Program-made: the position numbers and the translations under genes
Shown: one piece after another, positions 1 through 12,689 of the stretch
Layout of the letters: every line of letters begins with the position of its first letter
How positions within the stretch are numbered: the first letter of the stretch is position 1
The notes under the pieces: generated by a model
The model's database searches: none
Told to the model about the DNA's origin: nothing
What the model saw: only the letters and a program-made list of their open reading frames with translations
Origin: Leucoraja erinacea
Lineage: Eukaryota
DNA length: 64,000 nt
Assembly: GCF_028641065.1 (NCBI RefSeq)
Contig: NC_073403.1
Coordinates: 4,898,001 to 4,962,000, forward strand
Reading direction: 5' to 3'

Positions 1-283
1 TGTTACAAGGACCTCAAAAATACTAATAGAAGATGACAGCCAAAGATGATGTCTCCGACCATTTGAATGTGAACTGTGTGCATTGTTTCTTTTCACTGTA
101 TAGCACACATATGCGGTATTAAAATATGTGAGCAAGGAAGGACAGTAAACAAGTATAACCTTTCACCTTAAAGAGAACACTGTGAAAACAACTAAAGTTA
201 GTCCTGTAGGAAGGATGCTGATTTGCACCGAAGATAGACACAAAAGCTGGGTCGGGCAACATCTCTGGAGAAAAGGAATAGGT

Positions 284-311
284 GACGTTTCGGGTCGAGG
301 CCCATCTTCAG
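284..311 (-). ncRNA. Minimal hammerhead ribozyme-like core (PLE type)
   Basis: Minus strand gt-CTGAAGA-T-GGGCCTCGACCC-GAAAC-GTC-ac, with a GUC cleavage triplet and a 2-bp stem I. Confidence 0.5.
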
Positions 312-1363
312 ACTTCTTCAGCAAAGTTTGTGCTTATATCTTCAGGATCCTATTTACATTTTATCCTCCTAGTGTAGTTTCAAACAAGCAATCTGAAGGG
401 TCCTGACCTGAAATTTCATCTATCCATTTTGTTTCACAGATGCTGCTTGACCTATTGAGTTTATCCAGGAGTTTGTTCTTAGCACAAAAGGTCTTAATGG
501 ATAGAATCCATGGGCCACATAACGTAGGTAAATGTCCACACTTAATTTATTCATATTTGCTTATTTGATGAAAGAGGCCATTCAGCCCATCATGTCTATG
601 CTAGCTCTCAGTAATTCAATTTTTCCAATCAGTATCAATTAGCACTAACCCCAATTCTGAATACTTTCAAGAGCGTGCTAGATAGGGCTCTTGAAGATAG
701 CAGAGTCAAGGTATATGGGGAGAAGGCAGGGACTGGGTACTGATTGTGGATGATCAGCCATGATCATATTGAATGGTGGTGCTGGCTTGAAGGGCCGAAT
801 GGCCTACTCCTGCACCTATTGTCTATTGTCTTCTACTATCCACCTTTGTTAGAGCCAATTTACAGTAGCCAATTCACATAGCAACTGGCTAGTCTTTGAG
901 ATGTGTAGGGAAATCAAAGCATTGAAAAGAAACTCATGCAGTCACAGGGAGAATATGCAAATTCAAAACAAATAGAGCCAGGGATCACAATTCAACCCAG
1001 CCACTGAAGGTACGAGACTTTATTATTCAATCCGAAAAGACATGATAAAAGCTTGATCTTATTCTTCTGCGAGTCATACCCGATTTTCCAAAATTCATGC
1101 AGGAACGAGGGAACTAGCTCCACACTTTCTCAATCCCATCATTCGCACTAAACCAATACCAATACTAAATGCTACGCCGAACAAAACTGCGGGTCCAATT
1201 GAGGAAATAATAACAGCGTAATTTGACTCAGGGGCTTATGGTCTAAACAATTGTTTTCCTCGTCTACTAAACAATTATTTCTCTCATCTACCTAACACAA
1301 ATAACAATTGTAAGTTGTCACCTGAAAGGTTGGCTTTTAAATGCCTGGGGCATCTCTATTCTG

Positions 1364-1412
1364 ATATATATATATATATATATAGATATATAGATATATA
1401 TAGATGTATATA
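1364..1412. repeat. (TA)n/(TAGA) microsatellite
   Basis: Direct inspection. Confidence 0.9.
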
Positions 1413-2101
1413 ATTTTTTTTTAATGCTTATAATGCAAAAAAAATGTCATGCCGAGTCGTCTTCCCCGATGTAAACACATATATTTACAGTATGCTCGAT
1501 ATCGAGCTACGGATGGTATTTGGTCCTGCGCTTGTTACATCTCTAGCAACTATATACAATAGATTTAAAGTGTACTATCCAACAACAATAAAAAAAAATC
1601 CATGTACTTGCAATGCGTAAGGTTTAGCAAAAATGTATATAATCTAAAAACAAAAGCAAAAGACCCGTTATAAAAATTGTGATACAAAATGTAAACGGCT
1701 GGATGCTTGTTTGAATGAAATTTAAGACACTATGCAAAGATGGCTGCCTATAATAAACAAACCTACCGTTTACTTTCACTGGATGCTGGAAACAAAATAT
1801 TACGGAGAAAGGAAGGGAAGGGGCGAGCGTGTATTAAATCATTCGAATGTAGGTTGTCAAATAAACAGAAATGAATGGGGATACGCGGGAAGAAGTATTG
1901 GCACACACTTCATGGTTGCAGAACCGAAACAATAATAAACCCATGCGCGCCCCCAGCCCTGTGCGGTGTAGTAAATGGAAGTATTTGTTGATTCTCAGGA
2001 CACACACACACACACATGAAGCCCGAAGTTGTCAGCCCTGGCTGGCTCTGCCAACCCTCGGGCTCCTTGCTCTGGTGACACTTTGCGCTATTACTACTCA
2101 C

Positions 2102-2137
2102 CCTCTCCTCGTCCGTCAACTCTTCCGTGTCACTCAT
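2102..2137 (-). CDS. First coding exon (MSDTEELTDEER) of a minus-strand gene running off the left edge; probable TRA2-family SR-like splicing factor
   Basis: AAAATG start at 2137, 36 nt, then a consensus donor AGG|GTGAGT (2101-2096), directly downstream of a CpG promoter. Its 12-aa length, MSD start and terminal R match recalled TRA2A (MSDVEENNFEGR) and TRA2B (MSDSGEQNYGER) exon 1. The exon is well supported; the identity is inference. Confidence 0.6.
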
Positions 2138-2269
2138 TTTTAACACAGAACAAAAAAAAAACCCACACACGTACGCACGCTTCCGCAACGAAAATAAATA
2201 ACCGGATTAAATAACTTGGGGTTTTTAAAAAAAAAAAGACAAATGGGCAAATTAAAAGGAAACTTGGCC

Positions 2270-2465
2270 GCGCAGATTCCCGACAGCTGACAAAATGGCG
2301 CCTTGGCAACCGCGATCCGCTTTATACTGCTTGACAACCGCACTTGCTGGCGACCGTGACGTCACAGACGACGCTGATTGACGTGAGCCATGTCCAATGT
2401 GCGTTTGGTATCTTGGCAATGACGCTCCCCTCTGTCCCGCCCCCCCGTGTGGAAGTGGGCGGGGT
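2270..2465 (-). promoter_or_regulatory. CpG-rich housekeeping promoter/5' UTR of the minus-strand gene
   Basis: YY1 motif AAAATGGCG (~2292-2300), X-box-like CTTGGCAAC (~2302), palindromic CRE TGACGTCA (2357-2364), a second TGACGT (~2379), CCAAT (~2394) and GC box CCCGCCC (~2436), with locally high CpG density. Confidence 0.7.
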
Positions 2466-3679
2466 TACCCCCACCGTCAAGTTAGGCAGACCCGTAGGGA
2501 CCCCAGCATGTTCTAATCAAAGATACTCTTTGATCTTTTGTTCTAATTTCTATGTCAGAGGGAGAAGAGGAGGGAAGAGACAGTAACCCTAAGATTTTTG
2601 CCTCCATCACAGTGAGGAGTGCCTGGTGAACTCACTGTGGTGGATGTTAATTTGTGTTTATTGTGTGTTTTGTTGTTTATTATTACATGTATGGCTGCAG
2701 GCAACGACATTTCGTTCTCTGAATGACAAATAAAGGATCTAAGTAAGTCATGAGATCACTTCAAAACAAAACATCCAGTTGGGAAGGTATTGTACATAAC
2801 TGCAACAAGGCAAAGGATTACCTCATGAAATTGATAGAAAAGTTAGAGAAACTCTTGCCCACAGTAGGGGAATCGAGAACCAGAGGACATTGGGTGGTGG
2901 TGGGTGTATGGAACAAACTGTGGGCGAAGGTAGTTGAGGCAGGTCCTACCTCAAAGTTTAAGAAACGGTTAGACAGGTAGGTATATGAAGATACCACACA
3001 AATAGTTGGAATAACTCAGCGGGTCAGACGGAATCTCTGGAGAAGAGGAATAGGTGATGTTTTGGGTCGAGACCCTTCTTCAGACAGTCTGGGGAAAGGG
3101 AAACGAGAGATATAGACAGTGATTTGGAGAGGTATATAGAACAAATGAATGAAAGATATGTTAAAAAAAAGTAACAAATGAATGAAATATATGCATTCCT
3201 TTCTCCACAGATGCTGTCTGACCCGCTGAGTTACTCCAGCGTTTTGTGCCTATCTTAGGTTTAAACCAGCATCTGCAGTTTCTTCCTAGACAGGTACATG
3301 GAGAGGACAAATGAAGACAGGTGGGACTATTGTAGATGGGACATGTTGCCCGTTGTGGGCAAATTGGGTTTATTAAGTATATTCAGCACTTTTTTGTTTT
3401 TTTTCAAATTTCCGGACTTGCAATATTTTAAATTATTGTGTCCTTCAAATGTAACTTGTTATAACAAAACAGATCCTGTTTTTCAATGAATTGGTTTCAT
3501 GGTCACTGATGGCCACTGATATTTCATATCTGTATTGTTTTTAAACACGATTATGGACATTGTTACCAGTATTTGAAATCCAGGCTATTTTTAAACGGAA
3601 TACAAATTCTCAAATTGCCTTGATGGTATTGGAACTCACATTTGGTACACTGTCAATTTGGGGGTTTGGAATATTGAGA

Positions 3680-4670
3680 AACAAGGAACTACAGATGTTG
3701 GTTTACAAGAAAAGACACAAAGTACGAGGATAACTCAGTGGGTCAGGCAGCATCTATGGAGAACATGGATAGATTATGTTTTGGCTCCAGACATTGTGGT
3801 GGGGAGTAGTGAGAAAGCTGGAAAAGAAGTGGGGGCAGGACAAAGCCTGGTGAGTAATAGGTGGATGCAGATGAGGGGGGGTTTAATTGACAGATGGTGG
3901 GACAAAGGCTAGAACTGAAGTGACAAGAGATGTGGCATAAGTAGGAAAAGGTGTGAGATGGAGAAATGGGTGAAAATTTGGGTGGGGCATAGTGATAAAT
4001 GGAGTGATGGGGGAAGCAGGGGAGGGTTGTTTGTGAGTTAGTTCCCTAAAATTGGAGAATTCAATGTTCATATCATTAGGTATCAGATTCCTAAGTAAAA
4101 TATGAGGTGTTGTTCCTCCAGTTTGCAAGTGACCTCACTCTGGCATGGAGGAGGACAGAAAGGTCAGTATGAATGAATACGTTATATTTTATTGTCACAT
4201 GTGATAAGTCACTGTGAAATTCTTTGCTTGCATACCCAAGGTATACAAATAGTCACCACATAAAGGGCACGTAGAAAATTACAAAGTATCCATTCCAGGC
4301 CCCCCTTTATGGGATCTATTTATGACAGCAGGATAAAGAAAGATGACATCCCAGATGTCCTGGGATGGAAAACCTCATCTTGGGAGCAGATGCGGCGAAG
4401 ATGTAGAAATTGAGACTAGGGGATAGCGTCTTTGCAAGAGACAGTGTGGGAGGAGATGTGGTCCAGATGACTGTGGGAGTTGGTGGTCTGCAGTCGATAG
4501 TCTGTCGCTTGTGATGGAGACAGAGAGATCAAGAAAGGAGAGAGAGGTGTCAGAGATAGTCCAAGTGAATTTGAGGGCAGGGTGGAAGTTGGGAGTAAAG
4601 TTAATGAAATCAACAGGTTCTGCACAGGTGCAGGAAGCAATTCCGATGCAACGTCATCAATGCAGGGAAA
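3680..4670 (-). mobile_element. Decayed Penelope-like element (RT C-terminus, GIY-YIG end, 3' terminal repeat)
   Basis: Minus-strand translation gives CIDD (decayed YIDD, ~4655-4665), HLDHISSHTVSCKDAIP*SQFLHLRRICSQDEVF (PLE RT thumb) and LIPNDMNIEFSNF (PLE endonuclease end), followed by the AAGGAACT(G/A)CAGATG terminal repeat. Confidence 0.75.
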
Positions 4671-7600
4671 GGAACAGGATGATAGGGTTCATGGAATAAA
4701 TATGTGTGCACTCCATACCCTTCTCTTTGTCTTTACATGATGCAGACCAAGAAACAGGCAGGGAACCAAACCATTATCACGTTGGACATTGTGCTGAACT
4801 ATCTGGGTGAATTCTTGATTATTTTTAAATGATAATTCATAAAACAAAATAGAATCACTTTAGAAATAGAATCACTTCCAAATTTAGGAAAGACTGAATT
4901 TTGATTCTAATAACATTAATTTAATTTAATCATGTTTAAAGTTACTGGAGTGGTTCTCGGTAATGGCTGCTGAGAAAGATCCATGTAGAAATACTCAACC
5001 CAATCAATACCCATTCATTCGATCAATAACCTTTACTGGTCTAAAACATCAACATAAATTAAATGAATAGAATCACTCAAAGTCAATTGACATTTATAAA
5101 ATTTGTTTTAACCTTCTACTTGTAACAATGAATAAATATTGAGCATTAAGGTTTACAGTTGGGGTTAAATAATCCAATATTTGACAAGCTATGGCAGTGG
5201 AGAAAAATGCTACATGTCATGTAACAGTATTGAGACAGAAACTGACAGACTAAGGAAGGATTAAAATTAAAGATTATTATTTGATTAGAGTACATAGAAA
5301 CAAAGAGGGGAGGGTTTAAGAAGAAATTCCTGACTTAAAAGTCTAAAGAGCTGAATGAGTGGCTGCCAATTAAGAATTAAGAGAATTTAATTGCCATACG
5401 GTATGTAGCCACAGAGCAATGAAAATCGTACCTGCAGCAGCTTAAAAGAACAGTCCGAAGAAGGGTCTGATAATGGCAGGGAAGAAACGTCACCCATTCC
5501 TTCTCTCCAGAAATGCTGTCTGTCCCGCTGAGTTACTCCAGCATTTTGTGTCTACCCAGATGAATATAATAATCAAAAATCTTCAATAAATTCACATTTG
5601 TTATACTATTGTAAAAGAAAAACAAAGTCCATAGAGCAACCAAACACACAGACCAGAGACGATCAAAATTGGTGAGGTTTGGGTCTTGTAGTGTTGATGA
5701 GCCTGATGTTTCCTGGGAAGAAGCTGTTCATGAAACTGTGCTCACAGTTTTCAGACTACAGTGACTTCTTCCTGATGGTAGTAATGAAATGATAGCATGG
5801 CCAGGGTTGGCTGGGTCTCCGATGATATTGGCTGCTCTTTGAATGGGGGAAAGAACCCTTTGGTGGTGGGATGGTCAGTACTTGTGATGGATTAGGTATA
5901 CAGTATATATTAAAAATAGATAGACACTTAATGCTGGAGAAACTCAGTGGGACAGGCAGCATCTTGGGAGAGATCCCATTCCTTCTCTCAGAGATGCCTC
6001 CTGTTCCACTGAGTTACTCCAGCATTTTGTGTCTGTCTTTCGTGTAAACCAGCATCTGCTGTTCCTTCCTACAGATATGAAAAATGGTTTGATATTGATT
6101 TATCGTTTTCACTTGTACTTAAGTACAGTTGAAAAACATTTTTTGTGTGCTATCCAGGTATATCAACCATCTTCATCCGCAGGTGCACCACGCTGTCGGA
6201 TTGCATCACAGCTTGGTTCAGGAACAGTTCAGCCATGACCGCAAGTAATTGCAGAGATTTGTAGATGTAGCCCAATCTATCAAATAGACCACACTCCCCA
6301 CCAATGACTCCATCTACACAACGCTGCTTCTGGAAAGCTGGGACATAATCAAAGACTTGTCCAACCCAGTTCATTCTTTCTACTCAATGTTCTGGAGTAA
6401 CTCAGCAGGTCAGTCAGCATCTCAGGAGAACATGGATAGGTGACTTCTCGGGTCAAGACCCTTCTTCATACTTTCATCCCCCGGCTCCTGTCAGGAAAAG
6501 GTTCAGAAGCTTGAAAGCTCACACTCCAAGACTCAGTAAGAGCCTGTTATCAGGATTTTGAATGGTTCTTCCATAAGATAGGGTACTGTCAAATTCTCCT
6601 CCACCCCATTGCAGCCATTGGACTTTGTGTATGGAACTGGTGTGTTACAATGCTGAGACCGATATTCTGCACTCCGTGTCTTCCCCTTTGCTCTCCCGAT
6701 TGTATTTATTTATAGTATTATCTGATCTGATCAGATGGCATGCAAAACAAAACCTTTCACTGTATTTCAATACATATGACAATAATAAACCTAAACAATC
6801 AAACCATGTTCGAGTACAACCGGAAGTATAAAAAGAGAAAGGAAATAGAGTGCAGAATATAGTAATACAGCCACAGAGAAAGCACAGATTTTTTTTAAAT
6901 GCAAGCGCCCAAACAACGTAGATTGTAAGATCAGGAATACATCCTTAAACTAATGCGAAGTCATGTCAGGAGCCTGATAATGGCAGGGAAGAGGCTGATC
7001 TTGATTCTGGTGGCATGTGGCTTCCAAACTTTTCATCTTTTGTCTGGCAGGAGTGGGGAGAAGAGGGAATGGCAGAGATGTGGGTGGTCCCCGATTATGT
7101 TGGCTGCTTTCCCAAGGCAGCACAGAGTATAGACAGAGTCAATGAGGTGGGGAGGGAGGATGGTTTGTGTGAAAGACTGGGCTGTGTCCACAACTCTGCA
7201 ATTTCCTGCGCTCTTGGGTGGAACAGTTACCAAACCAAGCTGTCTGACACACGGTGAATAAAGAAATAACAATTAGAGGGCCTGCTGTAAAAATCATCAG
7301 GCTGGCTTTTATTTTTAGTGGACTATTAATTATCACAGTTGTAGCAGAAACTTGGACAATTTAATTGCTAGTTTATTAACAATGCGGGGTCCATAAAGCA
7401 GGCTGACACGTGCATTATCTCTGTGAAGTGAATGTTGTGGTGAACATACACTTAAATTACAGAGTGTATTATATATAATTGTTTTGGGGCTGTTGATTAC
7501 TTCCAGCCTGGGCAGAGAAAGAACTAATTTTCAGCTTTGAGCACAAGAAGATGTCAAAGAAGTTCCAGAAGTCAGGTGAAGAATCTGTGAAAGTACAGCA

Positions 7601-8059
7601 ATGACATTTGGCTTCTATATTTAGGCTTTACGGAAGGTAATTAATTCGTGACTGCGCATGCTAAATGTAATACCTAAATATTGACACGATGCAGAAATAT
7701 AATGTTATATTTTCGGAGGAAGAATAAGAGGGTCGCAGAAACTAAAGAGTCAAGCTTCAAGAGTGTTTTATTGTCATATGCCCTGAAAAGGAATAATGAA
7801 ATTCCTACTTGCAGCAGCACAAGAAATGTATACATAGTACTCTGTAAACACAAAAAAGAAGTTCAATATACATATAAAAAGAAACAAACAATAATAGTGA
7901 ATAGACACAATTTTAGGAGGAATGCAAGGACATGATGTGATTTTTTTTTTAATGGATCTGGGACTTTATTTATAAAGGCATGGATACAGCGCAAGGAAGT
8001 GATGATGGATCTTCACTAATTGTTGGCTTGGCCAGTAGGAACAATGTGGCCAGCCCCGG

Positions 8060-8620
8060 ATAGCAGTGGTGCAGCGGTAGAGATGCTGCCTTGCAGCGCT
8101 AGAGACCCAGGCTTGATCCTGACCACAGGTACTGTCTGTACAGAGTTTGCATGTTCTCCCCGTGACCGCGTGGGTTTTCCCCAGGTGCTTCAGTTTCATC
8201 CGGGGAAAAGTGGTGAATCTCTGGAATTCTCTGCCACAGAAGGTAGTTGAGGCCACAGTTCATTGGCTATATTTAAGAGGGAGTTCGATGTGGCTCTTGT
8301 GGCTAAAGGGATCAGGGGGTATGGAGAGAAGGCAGGTACAGGATACTGAGTTGGATGATCAGCCATGATCATATTGAATGACGGTGCAGGATCGAAGGGC
8401 TGAATGGCCTACTCCTGCACTTAATTTATATGTTTCTATGTTTCTATCCCACACCCCAAAGCCGTACAGGTTTGTAGGTTAATTGGGTTCAATTAAAAAA
8501 ATGTAAATTGTCCCTAGTGTGTAGGATAGGGCTAGTGTACAGGCATGATCGCTGGTAGGCGTGGACATGGTGGGCTAAAGGGGCTGTTTTCGCGCCGTAT
8601 CTCTAAAGTAATGTCTAAAT
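8060..8620 (+). mobile_element. tRNA-derived V-SINE interrupted by a CR1 3' end (~8207-8447)
   Basis: A box TGGTGCAGCGGTAGAG, B-box-like GGCTTGATCC, V-domain GAGTTTGCATGTTCTCCCCGTGACCGCGTGGGTTTT; SINE resumes after the CR1 tail. Confidence 0.8.
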
Positions 8621-9274
8621 GTCAAAGACCCTGACAAAGGGTTTTCATCCTTAATAATATGTTAACTCTATTTCTCTCTTTCCACAATTGTTGCTGTGTG
8701 TTTTCAGCATTTTCTAATTTTGTTTCAGATTTCCAGTAGTCTCTGGGCTTTGCCCTTTGAGGGAGCAATGAAGATTTTCAATCCAATTTTCATGCACTTC
8801 ATTTTTTCATACCGTTGGATTAATATGTGGAGAGCTGCATTCCAATTCTACAATCTCAGATACTATGTATATTTGTACAGAGAATTCTTGAAAACAAGAT
8901 TTTTTTCCCCTCGGGTTTGGGATCCGGGAACCAGTGGACATAGGTTAAGGTGAGAGGGGAGAGGTTTAATAGGATCCTGAGGGGCTATGTTTTCTTACAG
9001 AGGGCAGTGGGTACATGGAAAGAGCTGCCAGAGGCAGTAGTTGAGGCAGGTCCTATAACAACATTTAAAAGTCATTTGGGCACGTGCATGGATAGGAACA
9101 ATTTAGAGGGATACAGGCAGGAAGAAACTGCAGATGCTGGTTTAAACTGAAGATAGACACAAAAAACTGGAGTCAGACAGCATCTCTCGAGAAAAGGAAA
9201 GAGCCAATTTCCATACTTTATGACTCTTTAACTATTAATATACAGCATGCAAATCCGGCCAAAAGTACATTATG

Positions 9275-9880
9275 GGCAGCACAGTGGCACAATGGTAGAG
9301 TTGCTGCCTTACAGCGCCAGAGGCCCGGGTTCAATTCTGATTACAGGTGCTGTCCCTGTACAGAGTTTGTACATTCTTCCTGTGACCGCATGAGTTTTCT
9401 CTGGGTGCTCCAGTTTCCTCCCACATTCGAAAGGCGAACAGGTTTGTCGGTTAATTAGGTTCTGCAACTTGTCCCTGGCGTATAGGATAGAACAAGTGTA
9501 TGGGTAATCGCTGGCCAGTACACTCAGTGAGCAGAAGGACCTATTATCATGCTGTATCTATAAACCAAGCTGGTGGAGCTGCTGCCTCACAGCGCCAGAG
9601 GCCCAGTTTCAATCCTGACATTGGATGCTACCTATGTGTACGTTCTCACTGTGCATTGTTCCTCCAGATGCTCCGGTTTTCTCCCGCATCTCACAATCGT
9701 GTGGGTTGCTCGGTTAATTGGACACCGACTCTAAGTCTCCCCCTAGTGTGTAAGTGAGTGATAGAATCTAGGAAGAGCCGATGTAAATGTAGGGAGCACA
9801 AAATGGGATTAGCGTTGGATTAGTATAAATTGGTGCTTGAAGACGGAGATAATCTCTATCTAAAGGGCCTGTTGCTCAGC
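9275..9880 (+). mobile_element. Two tandem V-SINE copies
   Basis: tRNA-like head (GGTTCAATTC B box) and V-domain occur twice. Confidence 0.75.
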
Positions 9881-11417
9881 TGCTGGACACTCATAAAGTG
9901 GATTCTCTGACAGTTGCACACTCCTTCAGTTGAATGGCAAGCTAGATTATCTGGGTGTGATTTGGACCTATACCTTCCCACTCAGCGTTCCGACTGAGCC
10001 AATGCTGATGGATCGGCTAAGTACATCTCTGTTCAACCATCCAAACCTCATTCATTCACAAACAGAGCTGTTTTTGGGAGCAGAGTGCTGCCTTTGAATG
10101 AACAGATAAACGTATACATACTCATGTGTGAAGAGTCAAGAGCGTTTTTATTGCCATATGTTCACAGATACATAACCCAAAGGTATCGGCATTTCCTTGT
10201 TTCTACATGATAGGAGCAGAACCCACTATTGATGAATGCCACCAACAGAAATCCAACCATTTAAATATAGTCGTGACCATAAAATACATTATTATGTTGA
10301 AACAACACAAATCCAGAAAGGAAAAATCACAAATTAGATACATTTCGCCTCTAATTATAAACAGTGAAATAGAGATAATAGCAATTGTAAGGATGGCAAA
10401 AATAAGTGTGACAATGCATGAAACTTTGAACAATGTCGATGATGTCGTAAATTGTCGATGTTGAAATACAAGAATTAATATCCTTAAACCTATTGATCTT
10501 GGAAAACCGTATCTTACTGTCATTATCAGGGAATCATTTTTTCCCCCTAGTAACAACAATAAAACTGAAAACAGCTTCCACGGAATTAAATTTCAACTTG
10601 ATTATGGACTTAGGGTGAAGATATTTATTCACTGTTTCTCACCGTGGGACCCATTATTATCCTCAAAACCAATTCTGACGTCCACTGCAATTATTTTATC
10701 GTTCCATTTGAAAGAGATGTCTGGAGTTCATGATTTACGATCACTGTCTTTAATTCTGGGTTCCTTAAATGAAGTCCAACCATGAGATTAAATCTTGGCA
10801 CAGAGCGTGATAAAATGAGAGTGTTTTTTTTCACCCTGGCACTCTTGACTGATGCACAGCATCCTGAGATATGACCTAAAGCTGCAGTGACAATACCTCC
10901 AAGCTCTGTCCATTCTGCTCCACCTGACAGATCAACTGCTCTTGATATGATGTGATTTGGGGCTCAATAACGCCTTAATAGATCTGGGTTCATTGATAGG
11001 TTTAACTTATCTTACCCAGTAATTTGAAGTGTAAATCATTTTTTAAAGGCTATATACCAAAACAGCAAAGGTAGAACTTGGATCAGATACTGAATCCTTT
11101 CATATAAATTGAAAATACTGGACACATTTAGCAGGTCAGGCTGCATTTGTGGGAAGAGGAATTTGGAATAGTACACCACAGGAACAGGCCTTTCGGCCCA
11201 CAAGGTCCATGTCAAACATGATGCCAAGTTAAACTATCTCTGTTTACATGCGATCCATATCCCTCCATTTCCTTGTGTAAATATATATGATGAAGGGTCC
11301 CAGTCTAAAGATAGGCGATCCGGAACATCGCCTATTCCTGTCCTCCTGAGATGCTGCTTGACCTGCTGAGTTACTCCAACATTTTGTGTTTTACTCAAGA
11401 TTCCAGCATCTGCAGTC

Positions 11418-11690
11418 AAAATGAAATGAAATGAAATGATTCAATTTATTGTCATTGTCAGTGTACAGTACAGAGACAACGAAATGCATTTTTAGCATCT
11501 CCCTTGAAAGGGAGACACAGGGCGTCGCGGTGTGCCCGCGCCTGCCGCCGTAATTACATTCCATTACAGGCAAAGGTGGGTGAAGTGTCTTGCCCAAGGA
11601 CACAACGACAGTATGCACTCCAAGCGGGATTTGAACCGGCTACCTTCCGGTCGCCAGCCGAACTCTTAGCCCATTGTGCTATCTGTCGCC
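11418..11690 (-). mobile_element. Distinct tRNA-derived SINE with CORE-like domain
   Basis: Minus strand A box TAGCACAATGG, B box GGTTCAAATCC, CORE-like GTGTCCTTGGGCAAGACACTT and a (CATTT)n tail. Confidence 0.7.
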
Positions 11691-12689
11691 AATTGTGTGT
11701 CTCTCCATGTGCCTATGCAAAAGTATCTTAAATGCGACTATCTTATCTGTCTCCATCACATAGAAACAAGAAACATAGAAAATAGGTGCAGGAGTAGGCC
11801 ATTCGGCCCTTCGAGCCTGCACCGCCATTCAATATGATCATGGCTGATCATCCAACTCAGTATCTCGTACCTGCCTTCTCTCCATACCCCCTGATCCCTT
11901 TAGCCACAAGGGCCACATCTAACTCCCTCTTAAATATAGCCAAGATATCACCACCCCTGACATCACTTTCCAGGCACCCACCTCACAACTACCTCACACA
12001 TCACCTTTAAGCCTTTCCCCTGTCACCTTAAAGCTATGCCCTCTAGCCCGTTGACATTTATACCCTGGAAAAAAGGTTCTATCTACACAGAGTTAACATC
12101 TTCGACCTGAAATGTTAACTCTACTTCTCCCACAGATGTGCCCTGGTCTGCTAAGTGTTTCAAGCGTTTTCTGTTTTTATCTTTTAGATTTCCAGCATCT
12201 GCAGTTTTTAAAATTGAATTCCTTCTTTCTCCATCCCATATCATTGTTATCAATCAGACCCCTATTTGCACAGGTCAATATTCCTGTGAGGTTTGGACAT
12301 CTTAATATCACCAATGTCAGGTTCCATATAGCACAGTGCTGGAGGAACTCAGTGGGTCAGGCAGCATTTGCTGAGGGAAGTGGATAGATGACGTTTTGTG
12401 TTGGGGGTCTTCTTCAAATGAGGCGAAGTTATCCTCTGTCTCTATTCTTTTTACTGCTGTGTTCTCCAGATACAACCATGGCCCTAACATCAACCAAACA
12501 TTTGTTGGCAAAATGTCATTACTACCCTCAAACACCACAATTTAATGTCTTTAACTTGAAGCAAATGGAAAAGAATTCAAAGTCAATGTTCGCCAATGGT
12601 TCAAACGTCAGCATTTGAATTTTTTTTAATTGTTCTTAGAAACTGGTGATCAGAAGTTGGGAAGATGTGGGTGGGCAGGGGATTGTGGG

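Noticed and set aside
1910-2188. 92-aa minus-strand ORF as a single-exon protein
   Set aside because: A consensus splice donor follows codon 12 from the ATG at 2137; the remainder reads into intron and a (TG)n repeat.
12469-12618. KEF..V.QWF-like peptide as a GIP/glucagon exon
   Set aside because: No N-terminal Y/H-x-E/D-G-T motif, wrong spacing and an in-frame stop just upstream.
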